Assembly (NCBI GenBank): GCA_036769985.1
Contig: DAIPKA010000004.1
Span: forward strand, 161,096 to 225,095
Origin: Candidatus Hydrogenedentota bacterium
GTDB taxonomy: Bacteria > Hydrogenedentota > Hydrogenedentia > Hydrogenedentales > SLHB01
Length of the DNA: 64,000 nucleotides
Reading direction: 5' to 3'
Numbering within the stretch: the stretch's first letter is position 1; every line of letters starts with the position of its first letter. Below, in pieces: positions 8,574 through 19,374 of this stretch. Position numbers and translations under genes: made by a program. The notes under the pieces were generated by a model. It was not told the origin of the DNA. It saw only the letters and a list, made by a program, of their open reading frames with translations, and ran no database searches.

Positions 8574-9791
8574 CTATTCCCCGACGTCTCCCAGCGCCGC
8601 GTCGACACGGCCGATGGTCTCGTCGATGTCGCTCTCTTTGTGCGAGTAGTTGACGTAGGGCAGGTTGTAGAACGACACCCCGTGGCCGTAGCAGGCATCG
8701 AAGAAGCTTGCGGCGAAACCGTCGTCGAACTCGAAGATCGCACATACGTCGAGGCCGCGCAGCCGGACGGGCGCCGCGTGCTTCTCAAACACCGCCGTGA
8801 GTCCTTGACGCAGCCGCCCGGCCATGGCCCACAGATGCGCAATCACGTCTTTCTCGCGGTAGAACGAGATCGCGGCCTTGGCGGCGGCCAGGGATAGCGT
8901 CTCGCCGCCGAAGGTGGACGAGATGCCGACGGCCCTGGCACTGTCGATGAGGTCCGCGCGGCCGACATAGGCCGAGATCGGCATGCCGTTGGCCAGGCCT
9001 TTCCCGAACACCGCCATGTCGGGCATGAAGCCGAAATACTCCTGCGCGCCGCCGACGGCCAGCCGGAATCCGGTGACGATCTCGTCCATGATCAGCAGCG
9101 CGCCATACTCCTGGGTGAGTTTCCGCAACGCCGGCAAGAATTCGGCGCCTTTCTCCATGTCGGCGTAATTCGAGGCGACCACCGCCGCGGCGATGTCGTT
9201 GCCGTCTTTCTCGAAGGCGGCCTTCCACGGCTCGATGTCGCCCCAGGGCAACGACGCATGCAACGCGGATATCGCCGCAGGAACGCCTTTCTCGGGCCGG
9301 CTCGCTGCGATGCCGGCCGGCCGGAATCCGCCGGCGCTCAACGTGTTGATCCAGCCGTTGTAGCCGCACTGAAGCACCTTGTTTCGTCCGGTCGCGTTGC
9401 GGGCAATCTTGATGCACGCGGCGATGGCCTCGCCACCGGTCTTGAGAAATCGCACGCGCTCGGCACAAGGCAGGGCCTCGACCAAGAGCTTGGCGACCTC
9501 CCCCTCGAGCGGATGCGGATGACCGAAAATGATGCCGTTCTCAAGCTGCGCCGCGATCGCCGCATTGATCTCCGGCACGGCGTATCCCAGCGTGATCGGC
9601 CCGAGCGAATTGCGGTAATCGATGTACTCGTTGCCGTCGGCGTCCCACACGCGACAACCCTTCCCTCGGACAATCTGGGCGGGCTCGGCACCTTCCAGCG
9701 TCGGCGCCTTCGAGGAGGTGGAACTGCCCTGCGCCAAGGACCTCGTGCTTTCTCGGTACAGGGCCCAGGATTTCGAAACATCGTGGCTCAT
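8574..9791 (-). CDS. Class III (PLP-dependent) aminotransferase, glutamate-1-semialdehyde-aminomutase-like.
   Basis: Class-III aminotransferase fold regions and the PLP lysine region MDEIVTGFRLA. An AAGGGAGGA RBS precedes MSHDV at 9791; the track ORF extends to 9932. Confidence 0.85.
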   Translation of the reverse strand: MSHDVSKSWALYRESTRSLAQGSSTSSKAPTLEGAEPAQIVRGKGCRVWDADGNEYIDYRNSLGPITLGYAVPEINAAIAAQLENGIIFGHPHPLEGEVAKLLVEALPCAERVRFLKTGGEAIAACIKIARNATGRNKVLQCGYNGWINTLSAGGFRPAGIAASRPEKGVPAAISALHASLPWGDIEPWKAAFEKDGNDIAAAVVASNYADMEKGAEFLPALRKLTQEYGALLIMDEIVTGFRLAVGGAQEYFGFMPDMAVFGKGLANGMPISAYVGRADLIDSARAVGISSTFGGETLSLAAAKAAISFYREKDVIAHLWAMAGRLRQGLTAVFEKHAAPVRLRGLDVCAIFEFDDGFAASFFDACYGHGVSFYNLPYVNYSHKESDIDETIGRVDAALGDVGE

Positions 9792-9947
9792 GGCAGATCC
9801 TCCCTTGTCAATGCGGACAACCTGTAGCATAATGATGTCCACGGAAACGCTACGTACGGAGAAGTTTTTAGCAGGTATCGCCGACCACGTCAAGGCGTGT
9901 CGGAGCGCCTGGGCCGATTGGCGAACGGACAATGAGGGGAATGGGGT

Positions 9948-10934
9948 ATGGGTCGACGTGGGTTCACCTTGATCGAGTTGCTCGTCGTCATCGCCATTAT
10001 CGGCATTCTAGCCGCCATCCTGCTGCCGGCGCTGGCACGCGCCCGCGAGGCAGCCCGGCGCTCGAGTTGCGCCAACAACCTCAAGCAATGGGGCGTGATC
10101 TTCAAGATGTACGCGAACGAGTCGCCCGGCGGCATGTTTCCGCCCGTCATGCTCGGCTACCTGCCCGTGGACGACGCCGGCACGTTGGCCATCACCGTGG
10201 ACACCGGCCCGAACGCGCTTGTGGTGTATCCCGAATACCTGACCGATCCGAACATCTGCTTCTGTCCATCGGATGCCGAGGCCATGACGGTCCGCGAGGA
10301 GCAAGCGAAGATCCATGGCGAATGGTGCTGGCACCGCGCCGGCTACGGCGTCGACGAGTGTGGCCGGGCCATCGACACGAGTTACGCCTACCTCGGCGTA
10401 ATCCTCGATCGCTGCGAAGAAACCGATCCCGAACGCCTCGTCATGCCGAACGATGTGATCATCTCCGCCATGAATATCGCCGGCGTGAACTGGAGCATCC
10501 CCGACGGCGGCACGTACTTCCCAACGCAAGGCTACGCCGCCATCCTCGGCATGGTAATGGCTTGCGTCGACGGCTACGGTAACGCGGAGGTATTCAACGC
10601 GGCCCTTGACCGCGATATTGCCCTCTCCGAGGAGTTCTGTGGCCAAGGCCTCGGCACGGGGGGGAGCGACACCATCATGCGCATTCGCGAAGGCGCCGAG
10701 CGATTCCTCATCGAAGATGTCGCCAATCCGGGCGATACCTCGAAAGCCCAGAGCTGGATCTTCGTGATGTGCGACCATGTCAGCACCAAATCCGAGCTCT
10801 ACAACCACGTGCCGGGCGGATCCAACGCCCTATTCATGGACGGCCACGTCGAGTTCATCAAGTTCCCGGGCCGATCGCCGGTGTGCCCCAAAACAGCCGC
10901 CATCTTCACGATGTTCTACGGCGGCGACGAGTAG
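9948..10934 (+). CDS. Prepilin-type N-terminal cleavage/methylation domain protein with a DUF1559 (H-x9-DG) C-terminus.
   Basis: [25 protein letters not shown] is the type IV pilin N-methylation motif. The C-terminal [11 protein letters not shown] matches the DUF1559 tail. This family is massively expanded in Planctomycetota. Confidence 0.85.
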   Translation: MGRRGFTLIELLVVIAIIGILAAILLPALARAREAARRSSCANNLKQWGVIFKMYANESPGGMFPPVMLGYLPVDDAGTLAITVDTGPNALVVYPEYLTDPNICFCPSDAEAMTVREEQAKIHGEWCWHRAGYGVDECGRAIDTSYAYLGVILDRCEETDPERLVMPNDVIISAMNIAGVNWSIPDGGTYFPTQGYAAILGMVMACVDGYGNAEVFNAALDRDIALSEEFCGQGLGTGGSDTIMRIREGAERFLIEDVANPGDTSKAQSWIFVMCDHVSTKSELYNHVPGGSNALFMDGHVEFIKFPGRSPVCPKTAAIFTMFYGGDE

Positions 10935-10974
10935 GCCGCACCCGTCAGTCCCGACGTCGGAAAGGCAGTAATCC

Positions 10975-12090
10975 ATGACCCTGCGCGAACGCATTCTGGC
11001 AGTCTATCGCGGCGAGACGCCGGACGCGGTCCCGTACATGCTCGACTTGTCGCACTGGTTCTACCACAACCGCCGTATGCCCTGGGATCTGAGTCAGGCC
11101 TATTACGAGCCCGAGTACGCGCTGATCGACTACCACAAGCACATGGGAGCCGGCTTCTATCTCCCCAATCTCGGCTCGTTTATCGAGGTGCGCCACGCCG
11201 ACGACGTACAGGCCTCCGTAACCAAGAGCGACGACGGTCGGGCCATCACCTGGACCTACGAGACCCCGCTGGGCACCATCCGGCGGACGCGAACCTGGGA
11301 AGAACAGACCTACGCTTGGGGCATTCCCGAGTGGGCGATCAAGACCGAGGCCGACCTCCGCGTTCTCGGCTACGCCCTGAGCCGCCGCACCTACGTTCCC
11401 CGCTGGGAGCGCTACAACGCCTGGGTGGATTACGTCGGCGAAACGGGCGTCGTGTGCGCGTTGTCCGGTTACAGCGCCGTCGGCCATCTCCTCAACTACT
11501 GGCTTGGCATCGCCGGCACGGTCTACGCCATGGCCGACTGGCCCGATACCGTGCACGAAGTCGTGGATGCCATCAACGAAAACAACCTGGCCTGCGTCGA
11601 TGCGCTGGCCCGATCGCCCGCCGAGATCGTTATCCTCGGCGACAACTTCTCAAGCGATGTCCAGCCACCTTCCTTTTTCGAGACCTGGTCCAAATCGTTC
11701 TACGTCGAAGCCATCCGCCGCCTTCATAACGCGGGCAAGTGGGTCGCCGTCCATATCGACGGCCGACTCCGCGGCGCCCTGGCCATGATCCGAGATGCCG
11801 GCGCCGATTGTGCCGACGCCGTGACGCCCGCTCCCATGGGCGATCTCGATCCGGAAGCCTGCCGTGATGAGGCCGGTCCCGAGTTCATCCTCTCCGGCGG
11901 CGTTCCGCCGGACGTGTGGCTGCCGAGTGTCGAGCGCGCCGGATTCGAGCGTGTGGTGCGGCGGTGGCTCGAACTCAGGCGACGCAGTCCGCGTCTGATC
12001 GCTGCGGCGGGCGACCAGGTGCCGCCGGGCGCGGTGGAAGATCGCATCGCGATCATGCGAGACTTGGTCGAGAAACACGGCCGGTACTGA
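10975..12090 (+). CDS. Uroporphyrinogen decarboxylase (URO-D) family protein (MtaA/CmuA-like methyltransferase superfamily), paralog 1.
   Basis: N-terminal LRERILAVYRGETPDAVPYMLDL resembles the URO-D family N-terminus. It is similar in organisation to the second paralog at 14779. Confidence 0.7.
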   Translation: MTLRERILAVYRGETPDAVPYMLDLSHWFYHNRRMPWDLSQAYYEPEYALIDYHKHMGAGFYLPNLGSFIEVRHADDVQASVTKSDDGRAITWTYETPLGTIRRTRTWEEQTYAWGIPEWAIKTEADLRVLGYALSRRTYVPRWERYNAWVDYVGETGVVCALSGYSAVGHLLNYWLGIAGTVYAMADWPDTVHEVVDAINENNLACVDALARSPAEIVILGDNFSSDVQPPSFFETWSKSFYVEAIRRLHNAGKWVAVHIDGRLRGALAMIRDAGADCADAVTPAPMGDLDPEACRDEAGPEFILSGGVPPDVWLPSVERAGFERVVRRWLELRRRSPRLIAAAGDQVPPGAVEDRIAIMRDLVEKHGRY

Positions 12091-12114
12091 CCAATTCAGG
12101 CCGAAGGAGATCTC

Positions 12115-12309
12115 GTGCCAAGCATTGCCGGACTGGACAAGCTGCTGCACATCTTCGTGAGTCTCATCGTCACACTCCATGACCCGTGCCTGGCCATCAT
12201 CGCAGGTGTCGGCAAGGAGGTGTTCGACGTGCTACGAGGCAGCTCGGCCGACGTACTGGACCTACTGGCCGACCTCGCCGGCATTCTGCTGGCCGTGGCC
12301 TTTGGATAG
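12115..12309 (+). CDS. Small hydrophobic hypothetical protein (64 aa, GTG start).
   Basis: A GAAGGAGA RBS lies 5 nt before the GTG. High third-position GC, hydrophobic sequence, and it fills the gap between the URO-D gene and hslV. Confidence 0.3.
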   Translation: MPSIAGLDKLLHIFVSLIVTLHDPCLAIIAGVGKEVFDVLRGSSADVLDLLADLAGILLAVAFG

Positions 12310-12356
12310 ACATCGCGAGAAACGGCCAGGGATCGGCCGTGTGCGGAGGTAGCGCC

Positions 12357-12890
12357 ATGGAAATCTTTCGCGGAACAACGGTGCTGGGCGTGCGAAGAGA
12401 AGGCCAAGTCGCCCTGGGCGGCGACGGCCAGGTCACATTGGGCGACACGATCATGAAGGACCGTGCGACAAAGATCCGGCGACTCGAGGAGGGGCGGGTG
12501 CTCGCGGGATTCGCCGGCGCGGTGTCCGATGCCCTCACGCTCTTCGAGCGATTTGAGGCCAAACTGGGCGAGTTCAACCACAGCCTGGTCCGCGCCGCCG
12601 TCGAACTGGGCAAAGAATGGCGGACGGACAAGTACCTGCGCCAGCTCAACGCCCTACTGGCCGTGTGCGATGCCGAGAAGTCATTGGTGATTGCTGGCAC
12701 AGGCGAGATCATCGAACCGGACGACGGCATCCTGGCCATCGGCTCGGGCGGGCCCTACGCACTGGCCGCCGCCCGCGCGCTTGCGAGTCACTCGAACCTT
12801 GACGCCGCCGGAATCGTCCGGGAAGCCCTCACCGTCGCCTCGGGCATCTGCATCTACACGAACACTCACATCACCGTCGAAACGCTCTAG
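12357..12890 (+). CDS. hslV: ATP-dependent protease subunit HslV.
   Basis: [24 protein letters not shown]...[20 protein letters not shown]...[16 protein letters not shown] aligns along its full length to HslV. A GGAGG RBS precedes the ATG at 12357. A short MEIFRG propeptide precedes the Thr-Thr N-terminal nucleophile. Confidence 0.9.
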   Translation: MEIFRGTTVLGVRREGQVALGGDGQVTLGDTIMKDRATKIRRLEEGRVLAGFAGAVSDALTLFERFEAKLGEFNHSLVRAAVELGKEWRTDKYLRQLNALLAVCDAEKSLVIAGTGEIIEPDDGILAIGSGGPYALAAARALASHSNLDAAGIVREALTVASGICIYTNTHITVETL

Positions 12891-12909
12891 CCAAGACCGG
12901 TCCCCGGCA

Positions 12910-14391
12910 CTACCGAGCATTGACGGTCTGCGAGATCTTGTCGATGATGGCCGTGGTCGACTGCCCTTCGACGCCCGGAATGATGCTGATCCGGCCGCCA
13001 TGTCCTTCCACGACGCGCCGCTCTTCCTGAACAATGGTGTCCAGCGTGTAATCGCCGCCCTTGGCGTACACATCCGGCCGAAGCCGCTTGAGAATGGGCA
13101 CCGTCGTCTTCTCGCCGAAAATCATGAGATAATCCACACACTCCAACGCCGAAAGCACGAGCGCGCGGTCCTTCTCGGCAACCACGGGCCGGTTCGGCCC
13201 CTTGTTCTCGCGCACCGAGGCATCGCTGTTCAAGCCGACCACGAGCACATCGCCGAGCTTGGCAGCTTTCATCAGGTACGTGATGTGTCCGGTGTGAAGA
13301 ATATCGAAACAGCCATTGGTCCAGACCACGGTCTTGCCCCTGTCGTGCAGGTGCCGGACAACAACCTCGAGTTGATCCAGCGTCTTGAGCTTGGCCGGCG
13401 TCGACGTGCCGGCCAGCGCCGCCATCACTTCTTCCCGCGTAACGGTGACGACCATCTCGCGCCCGACGGCTACGCCCGCCGCCGCGTTGCCAACCGCCGC
13501 CGCGTCTCGAAGCGAACCGCCCGCCAGGCGCGTCAAGGTGACCGCCGCCGTTACCGTGTCGCCGGCGCCGGTCACATCGACCACGTTGCACGGTATGATC
13601 GGCACGTTCTCGACCGTGCCGTTCTCGGCGAAGATCGTGATACCCGCCGGCCCGCATGTCACCAGCGCGTTCTTGCAGATGCCCAGCAGTTTTTTCCCGG
13701 CCTCGCGGAGCGACGCATCGTCGACCACGTCCACACCGGCGCCCAGGCCCGCCTCGCGGTCATTGGGCACGATGATGTCGAAACCCTTCAGCGCCCCGGC
13801 ACGCGCTCGCGAGTCGCCTACCGTCAACAGGTTGTGCTTCTTCGCCACGGCAACCACCTCGGCCAGCACGCGTTCCGTGGCCACGGACGATGCCTGATCG
13901 CCTACGACGATGGCGTTCACCTTCGGCGCGAAAGCGCGGATATTCGCGAGGACCTGGGCCTCGACGTCTCCGCTGATGAATGTGGGTTTGGGCGTGTCCG
14001 TTCTCAGAATTTCCTGCACGGGGATGTTGTGGCCGCCGGCCCGGAGCTTCCCGTAGGTGTTGGTCGGACGGTTAGGATCGACGACCAAGCCCGATGCGTC
14101 GACGTTCCGCAACGCGAACTCGCGCCGGACCACATCCGCGTTCATGTCTTCGCCGACCACGCCGACCATGAAGGTCTTCGCCCCAAGCGCGGCGAGATTG
14201 CAGGCCGCGTTGCCGGCCGCGCCCGGATTGTGAAGCCGACGATGCACTTCGTAGACCGGAATCGGCGCCTCGAGACTGATGCCCGTCACCACGCCCTCGA
14301 CATTCTCGTCCAGGTAGATATCGCCCACTACCAACACCCTGAACCCATCGAATCGGTCTATCAGCTTGCGATAACGCTCGACGTCCATCAA
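12910..14391 (-). CDS. hldE: Bifunctional D-glycero-beta-D-manno-heptose-7-phosphate kinase / heptose-1-phosphate adenylyltransferase.
   Basis: N-terminal PfkB-type sugar kinase domain (RVLVVGDIYLDE..., DVTGAGDT). C-terminal cytidylyltransferase domain (VVWTNGCFDILHTGHITYL). Convergent with hslV. Confidence 0.92.
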   Translation of the reverse strand: MMDVERYRKLIDRFDGFRVLVVGDIYLDENVEGVVTGISLEAPIPVYEVHRRLHNPGAAGNAACNLAALGAKTFMVGVVGEDMNADVVRREFALRNVDASGLVVDPNRPTNTYGKLRAGGHNIPVQEILRTDTPKPTFISGDVEAQVLANIRAFAPKVNAIVVGDQASSVATERVLAEVVAVAKKHNLLTVGDSRARAGALKGFDIIVPNDREAGLGAGVDVVDDASLREAGKKLLGICKNALVTCGPAGITIFAENGTVENVPIIPCNVVDVTGAGDTVTAAVTLTRLAGGSLRDAAAVGNAAAGVAVGREMVVTVTREEVMAALAGTSTPAKLKTLDQLEVVVRHLHDRGKTVVWTNGCFDILHTGHITYLMKAAKLGDVLVVGLNSDASVRENKGPNRPVVAEKDRALVLSALECVDYLMIFGEKTTVPILKRLRPDVYAKGGDYTLDTIVQEERRVVEGHGGRISIIPGVEGQSTTAIIDKISQTVNAR

Positions 14392-14621
14392 ACACCACTC
14401 CTCCGCGCCTTCCGGCGCCCATGCTTCGATGACCCGATCGCTTGATCGCGAGAATTGTATCCCATGGGTTCGGGGCGGTCAATCGACGCCAGCGATGCGG
14501 CGCCTCCGGACGGCCCAACGCAGCCAACAACGTCGTGGGCAAAGCCTGGGAGTTATGGGAAGAATGAGAGACATAGAGAGAATAGGACAAACCTCACTGG
14601 TCGGCCGGGTCGGGCAAATCG

Positions 14622-14684
14622 GACCGATCCGACCGATCCGACCGATCCGTCCAATCCGTCCAATCCGTCCAATCCGTCCAATCA
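14622..14684. repeat. Tandem 9-bp repeat, (GACCGATCC)x3 followed by (GTCCAATCC)x4, in a divergent promoter region.
   Basis: Read directly from the sequence: 7 contiguous 9-mers. It lies about 95 nt upstream of the URO-D paralog start at 14779 and about 230 nt upstream of hldE. Confidence 0.9.
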
Positions 14685-14778
14685 TATTTCCCATTCTTCC
14701 CATAGGCCATCCAACAAGCTTGCGCGAACGGAACCGCCCAGTCCAGAATACGGCACTTCTCGGACAGGGAGAAACGCC

Positions 14779-15858
14779 ATGACGTCCAAAGAACGCGTAC
14801 TTGCCGCCATCAACCACGAGCAACCGGATCGTGTGCCAATCCAGACGTATCTCACGCCGGAAATTCACAAGGTGCTGGTCGACCACTTCGGAACCAACGA
14901 CATCCTGCCGATTCTCGGCGTCGACTTCCGTGGCGTCGGCCCAAGGTTCGTCGGCGAACCGAAACCCATTCCCGAGGGATGCCAGTTCGTGGACGAGTGG
15001 GGCACGGGATACAAAACCATCCAGTTCGAGACGGGCGCCTATGAAGAGGCGTCGTACTTGCCGCTGGCGGAACTCGAAACGCTCGATGACGTCGAAGCCT
15101 ATCCGTGGCCGACGGCGGATCAGTTCGACTTCTCAGGCATCGAGGCCCAGTGCGATGCGCTCAAGGACTTCGCCATCTGCTGCAGCGGCGCCGGCACACC
15201 GGACATCGTGAACGGCGTCAGCCGAGGCCGCGGCATGGAACGCGTCATGATGGATATCATGATCGAGGACCCCGTCGGCGTGGCCATCATCGACAAGCGG
15301 TGCGACACACTTTACGAGCGGTGCCGCTGTACGCTCGAGGCCGGAAACGGCAAGATCGACATCCTGTGCACCGGCGAGGATTGCGGATGCCAAGCCGGCC
15401 CCATGTTTCCGCTCGAGGTGTTCGATCGCTTCTTCCGCCCACGCCTCAAACGGTTCTACGACCTCGCCCACGAGTTCGGCGCCAAGGCCATGATGCACTC
15501 GTGCGGCAACACGCGGAAACTCATGCCGCGCTTTATCGAGATGGGCCTCGACGTCCTCGATGCGATGCAGCCGGAACCGCCTGGAATGGTGCCCGAGGAG
15601 ATCAAGGCCGAGTTCGGTGACAAGCTGGCCTTCTGCGGCCTCATCAGCACGCAGCAAACGCTGCCCTTCGGCACCGAAGCGGATTGCCGCGCCGAGGCCC
15701 GCCACCGTCTCGAGGTCATGACGCCCAACGGCGGCTACATCTTCAGTCCGGCGCATTGCATCCAATCCGACACGCCGTTGCGCAACGTCCTCGCCATCTA
15801 CGAGGAAGCCCTCGGCCTAGCGCCGGAGACCCTCCTCAACTACCGGAAGACTCCGTAG
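14779..15858 (+). CDS. Uroporphyrinogen decarboxylase (URO-D) family protein, paralog 2.
   Basis: MTSKERVLAAINHEQPDRVPIQTYL is a canonical URO-D family N-terminus. An AGGGAG RBS precedes it. The track ORF from 14455 includes a translation of the 9-bp repeat (PTDPTDPSNPSN) that I consider non-coding. Confidence 0.8.
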   Translation: MTSKERVLAAINHEQPDRVPIQTYLTPEIHKVLVDHFGTNDILPILGVDFRGVGPRFVGEPKPIPEGCQFVDEWGTGYKTIQFETGAYEEASYLPLAELETLDDVEAYPWPTADQFDFSGIEAQCDALKDFAICCSGAGTPDIVNGVSRGRGMERVMMDIMIEDPVGVAIIDKRCDTLYERCRCTLEAGNGKIDILCTGEDCGCQAGPMFPLEVFDRFFRPRLKRFYDLAHEFGAKAMMHSCGNTRKLMPRFIEMGLDVLDAMQPEPPGMVPEEIKAEFGDKLAFCGLISTQQTLPFGTEADCRAEARHRLEVMTPNGGYIFSPAHCIQSDTPLRNVLAIYEEALGLAPETLLNYRKTP

Positions 15859-17883
15859 CCACGTCTCGTTCGAGGCCTATCTGGTCGAAAGGAATCGACT
15901 GGAAGCCGGGCACGTCGCGAAACACCTCGGAGTCCTCGCGGAACTGGAAGTTCAGGGCCGCCGCGTCGACGAAGCCCGGATCGTGATCCAAGATAGCGTT
16001 GTCCTTGGCTTCCCAATTCCCTTTGACGAAGTCGTCGCAGTTCACCACGACGTTGCGGCACGCGCGGTTGACGCGGGGTTTGTCCGATGGCGTCATGAAT
16101 CCGGCCAGATCCGGATAGCGGTCGAGGTAAGGCGGCTTCGTGATGTCCACTTCCTTAAGCAGGTTGTTCTGCCAGAGATCGGCGGCGACCATCTCCCACC
16201 AGCGATCGTCATCCCACGGCGCTTGACGAATGGCGGCGGAGCACTCGATGAACATGTTGTTCTCAACGAGGTTGTCGTGGCCGCCATGGACGAATACCGC
16301 GCCGAAGTTGCCCCCGGACGCCTTGTAGAACACGTTGCCGAATACCGTCTGCCCGCCGGAGCCGTCGTCGAAGTAGACCGCGCAACTGCCGTGGGTGAAG
16401 GTGCTGCCGATGTGGTGCCAGAAGTTGTAGCGGAGGATACTCCCGCGCTCGGACGGATTCCGGCCCATGTAGAAGGCGCCGCAATCATCGCTATCCTGGC
16501 TGATGTGGTGGATCTCGTTGTACTCGATGACGTGATCGTTGCCAGCGAGGCCAATGGACTGGTGCGGCGCGTCGTGGAGCAGGTTATGGGCGAGCCGCAC
16601 GCCGACGCCGCTCAGATGAACGTGATAGGCGTGCGTCCGCTGCCGCCGCGAGACACGCCAGATGTGGTTGTTGACGGCTTCGTGCCCACACGGCGTCAAG
16701 GTCCGCCGATCCCCGCCGCCAATGCGCAGGCCCGCCGTGCCGATATCGAAGATATCGCAGCCCTCGACGCGGTGCTTGAGCCCGCCGTCGACAATGATGC
16801 CGTCGTGGCCGGTGTTGCGCACGGTGCATCTCGATACCGCGCAGCCTTCGCCGCCTCGGATGCGAATGGCCGTGCCGGCGCACGCCTCGACCGTCAGCCC
16901 GTCGAGGATGACATGTGATGCGCCATCGACGTCAATCACCGGTTCCGTGAGTGTGGACAAGAGGATGCGCGCGTCGGCGAGGGCCGCCGGCGGCCAGAAC
17001 AGGAGCGCACCGGACTCGCGGTCGAGGTAGTATTCGCCCGGCTGATCGAGTTCCTCGAGCAGGTTGACCGCACAATACCGTCTCGGCGCCGGGTTGCCGC
17101 TGCCAAGTCCATAGCAATGCGGCTGCACGAAGGTGATGTGCCGCTTCTCGGTATCGATCTCCGCCACCCGGATCGTCTCGGCGCGCCAGTCGAAGCACCA
17201 GTAGCCGTGAAGCCATACCGCCGGCGCCGTCGTCCAGCGCGACGGCCGGTCGCCCGCGTACTCGAAGGTCCCCGGCTTGTCCGACGCATGGTTGCGCCAT
17301 GGCGCCGGCCCGCTCTCGACAATGCCGGCCACCTCGGCCCAACCCTCGTTCGGCCACTGGGCCAGCATCATCCGCGCGTCGTTGAAAAACAGTTCCGGCA
17401 CGGCGGCCGGCTCACTGAAGGCATCCGGCAGCGCGCCATACTCGGTTACGCCGAGGGCCTTGAGGTCGGCGCCAACGACCTGATCCCGCGCCGCCGGATC
17501 GATCCGCGCCGCGAGCGCTTCAACCGCCACCGGGCCGAACGACCCTGCCGGAATCACCACGCCGCCGACGAACCGCACCTCCTCGCCCGGCGCGGCGCGA
17601 AATACCACCGGCCGATCCGACTCGCCGCTGTCCTCCTCGGACAACCGAAGACTCTCCGACAGCACGTAAGTGCCGCTGTGCAGCCACACCGTCGCCCCGT
17701 CCTCCGGCAGGCCCTCGGCGGTCTTCTTGGCGCGCAACGCGCCTTGCGCCGCCACCAGCGACGCCAACGGCGCGGCCCCCGTCCCTACGGCCTCATCGCT
17801 CCCGCCCGGCGCAACGTGGATATCGAACGCCGCTGCCGCAAACCCCACACCAATCACCGTCAACGCGATGCAGATAGAACGCA
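15836..17883 (-). CDS. Secreted right-handed parallel beta-helix repeat protein (pectate-lyase-fold).
   Basis: Signal peptide MRSICIALTVIGVGFAAAA. Multiple beta-helix rungs (NTGHDGIIVDGG..., IGGGD..., NHIWR..., HNLLHDAPHQSIGLAGNDHVIEYNEIHH). A GAGGAGG RBS. Confidence 0.75.
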
Positions 17884-17948
17884 TGTCGCCTCCTCGATTC
17901 CTGGGTGGCCCGGCCCCATCGTAGCGGCGATACGCGGCCGCGTCAACC

Positions 17949-19361
17949 TCACGAAGCATCGGACAGCCGACGGATGAGGTCGCTCAGTTGCTCTTTGGCA
18001 TCCCCGAAGCAAAGGGTCACGTTCTTCTGCTGATACAAGGGGTTCGCCACACCGCAGTAGCCCGGCTGCGCATCGAGATTGCAGACGATGACATGGCCCG
18101 CTTCGCCGGCGCGCAGCACGGGCATGCCGTAGATGGGAGTACCTTCCGCGGTGGAGGCCGCCGGGTTCACGACATCATTGGCGCCCACGATGATCGACAG
18201 GTCCGCGTCTTTGAAGCTGTCGTTGATGGCGTCCATGTCGAGGAACTTCTCGTAGGGAACATCGGCCTCGGCCAGGAGTACGTGCATGTGGCCCGGCATG
18301 CGCCCGGCCACCGGATGTATGGCAAACCGCACGGTGTTGCCTCGGGCTTCGAGGGCATCGGCAAGTCGCTTCACTTCGTGCTGAGCCTGTGCCAGCGCCA
18401 TGCCGTAACCCGGCACGATGATGACATCCTTGGCGTCGTGCAACACCGAGTCGAGCGAAGGCCGACCAACCGATGCCTCCGCCGTCTGAACGGGCGCGAC
18501 CGATGCCGCCTGCGCGACCTCGTCCGCAGGCACGCCACCGATGGCCGCCACGCCTCGGCCGGTGAGGATAGCGACCAGATCTCGGTTCATCGCCCTGCAC
18601 ATAATCCGCGTAAGAATAAGACCGGAGGTTCCCACGATCGCCCCGGCGGCAACCAGCAGCAGGTCCCCCACCGCAAACCCGGCGATGGCCGCGGCAAGTC
18701 CGGAAAGGGCGTTGAGCAGGCAGATGCCAACCGGCATATCCGCCCCGCCTATGCGAAGGGCAAACACGACTCCAAAACCGCTCACGTTAATCAACAACAA
18801 CAGGGCAGCCCCGAGCGCAAGCCAAGACGACGATCCCAGAATGACGACCGTGAAGATCGCCATCGCCAAGCAAGCCGTGAATGCCCAGATACCGTAGTTC
18901 GTTATCACCACGGGACGCTGCGGGATCCGGCGATCGAGCTTCGCCGCGGCGATGGAGCTCCCCGCAAACGTGAATCCGCCAACGGAGATCGCCAGGGCCG
19001 ACGAAAGCCGGGCCACGAGCGACGGGACCAGCGTCTGCTCATACAGAAGAGACAGCGGGACCAAGGCCGAGGCGGCGCCCCCCAGTCCGTTCAGGAGGGC
19101 CACCAGTTGAGGCATCTGGATCATGGCGACGCGAACGGCCAGCACATAGCCAATGACCGCACCCACCGCCAGCGAGCCGAGAATCACCCCGTGGGTCATG
19201 ACGCCGTGGGTGCCCAGCGTCAGAATGATGGCTCCCAACACAGCCGACGCGCCCAGGAGGTTCCCCGCCACCGCGGTTCGAGGCGAATTCATGAGGCGAA
19301 TACCCATGACCACCCCCACCGCAAGACCAAAAGCGACGATGGTGTGTTCGTCACCCCCCAT
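17949..19361 (-). CDS. pntB: NAD(P) transhydrogenase subunit beta.
   Basis: Multi-TM N-terminus. C-terminal dIII NADP(H) domain: IIVPGYGMALAQAQ...GANDVVNP...GMPVL. Confidence 0.92.
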   Translation of the reverse strand: MGGDEHTIVAFGLAVGVVMGIRLMNSPRTAVAGNLLGASAVLGAIILTLGTHGVMTHGVILGSLAVGAVIGYVLAVRVAMIQMPQLVALLNGLGGAASALVPLSLLYEQTLVPSLVARLSSALAISVGGFTFAGSSIAAAKLDRRIPQRPVVITNYGIWAFTACLAMAIFTVVILGSSSWLALGAALLLLINVSGFGVVFALRIGGADMPVGICLLNALSGLAAAIAGFAVGDLLLVAAGAIVGTSGLILTRIMCRAMNRDLVAILTGRGVAAIGGVPADEVAQAASVAPVQTAEASVGRPSLDSVLHDAKDVIIVPGYGMALAQAQHEVKRLADALEARGNTVRFAIHPVAGRMPGHMHVLLAEADVPYEKFLDMDAINDSFKDADLSIIVGANDVVNPAASTAEGTPIYGMPVLRAGEAGHVIVCNLDAQPGYCGVANPLYQQKNVTLCFGDAKEQLSDLIRRLSDAS

Positions 19362-19374
19362 ACCAGATTACTCC

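Noticed and set aside
12357-12380. HslV propeptide as a novel feature.
   Set aside because: From memory, short N-terminal leaders before Thr-Thr occur in some HslV homologs. Kept only as a low-interest note.
12691-14445. 584-aa plus-strand ORF, and similar long ORFs (for example 2765-3733, 4529-5827, 10008-10808, 19809-21137, 27932-29659, 32356-33549, 35312-36361, 38792-39904, 41304-42287, 54095-54829).
   Set aside because: All are antisense to, or out of frame with, genes that have clear conserved motifs. Their translations are Arg/Pro/Gly-rich low-complexity sequence, typical of spurious ORFs in high-GC DNA.
14455-14778. N-terminal extension of the URO-D ORF containing PTDPTDPSNPSNPSN.
   Set aside because: This is the 9-bp tandem DNA repeat translated in frame. 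A good RBS and the canonical URO-D N-terminus begin at 14779.
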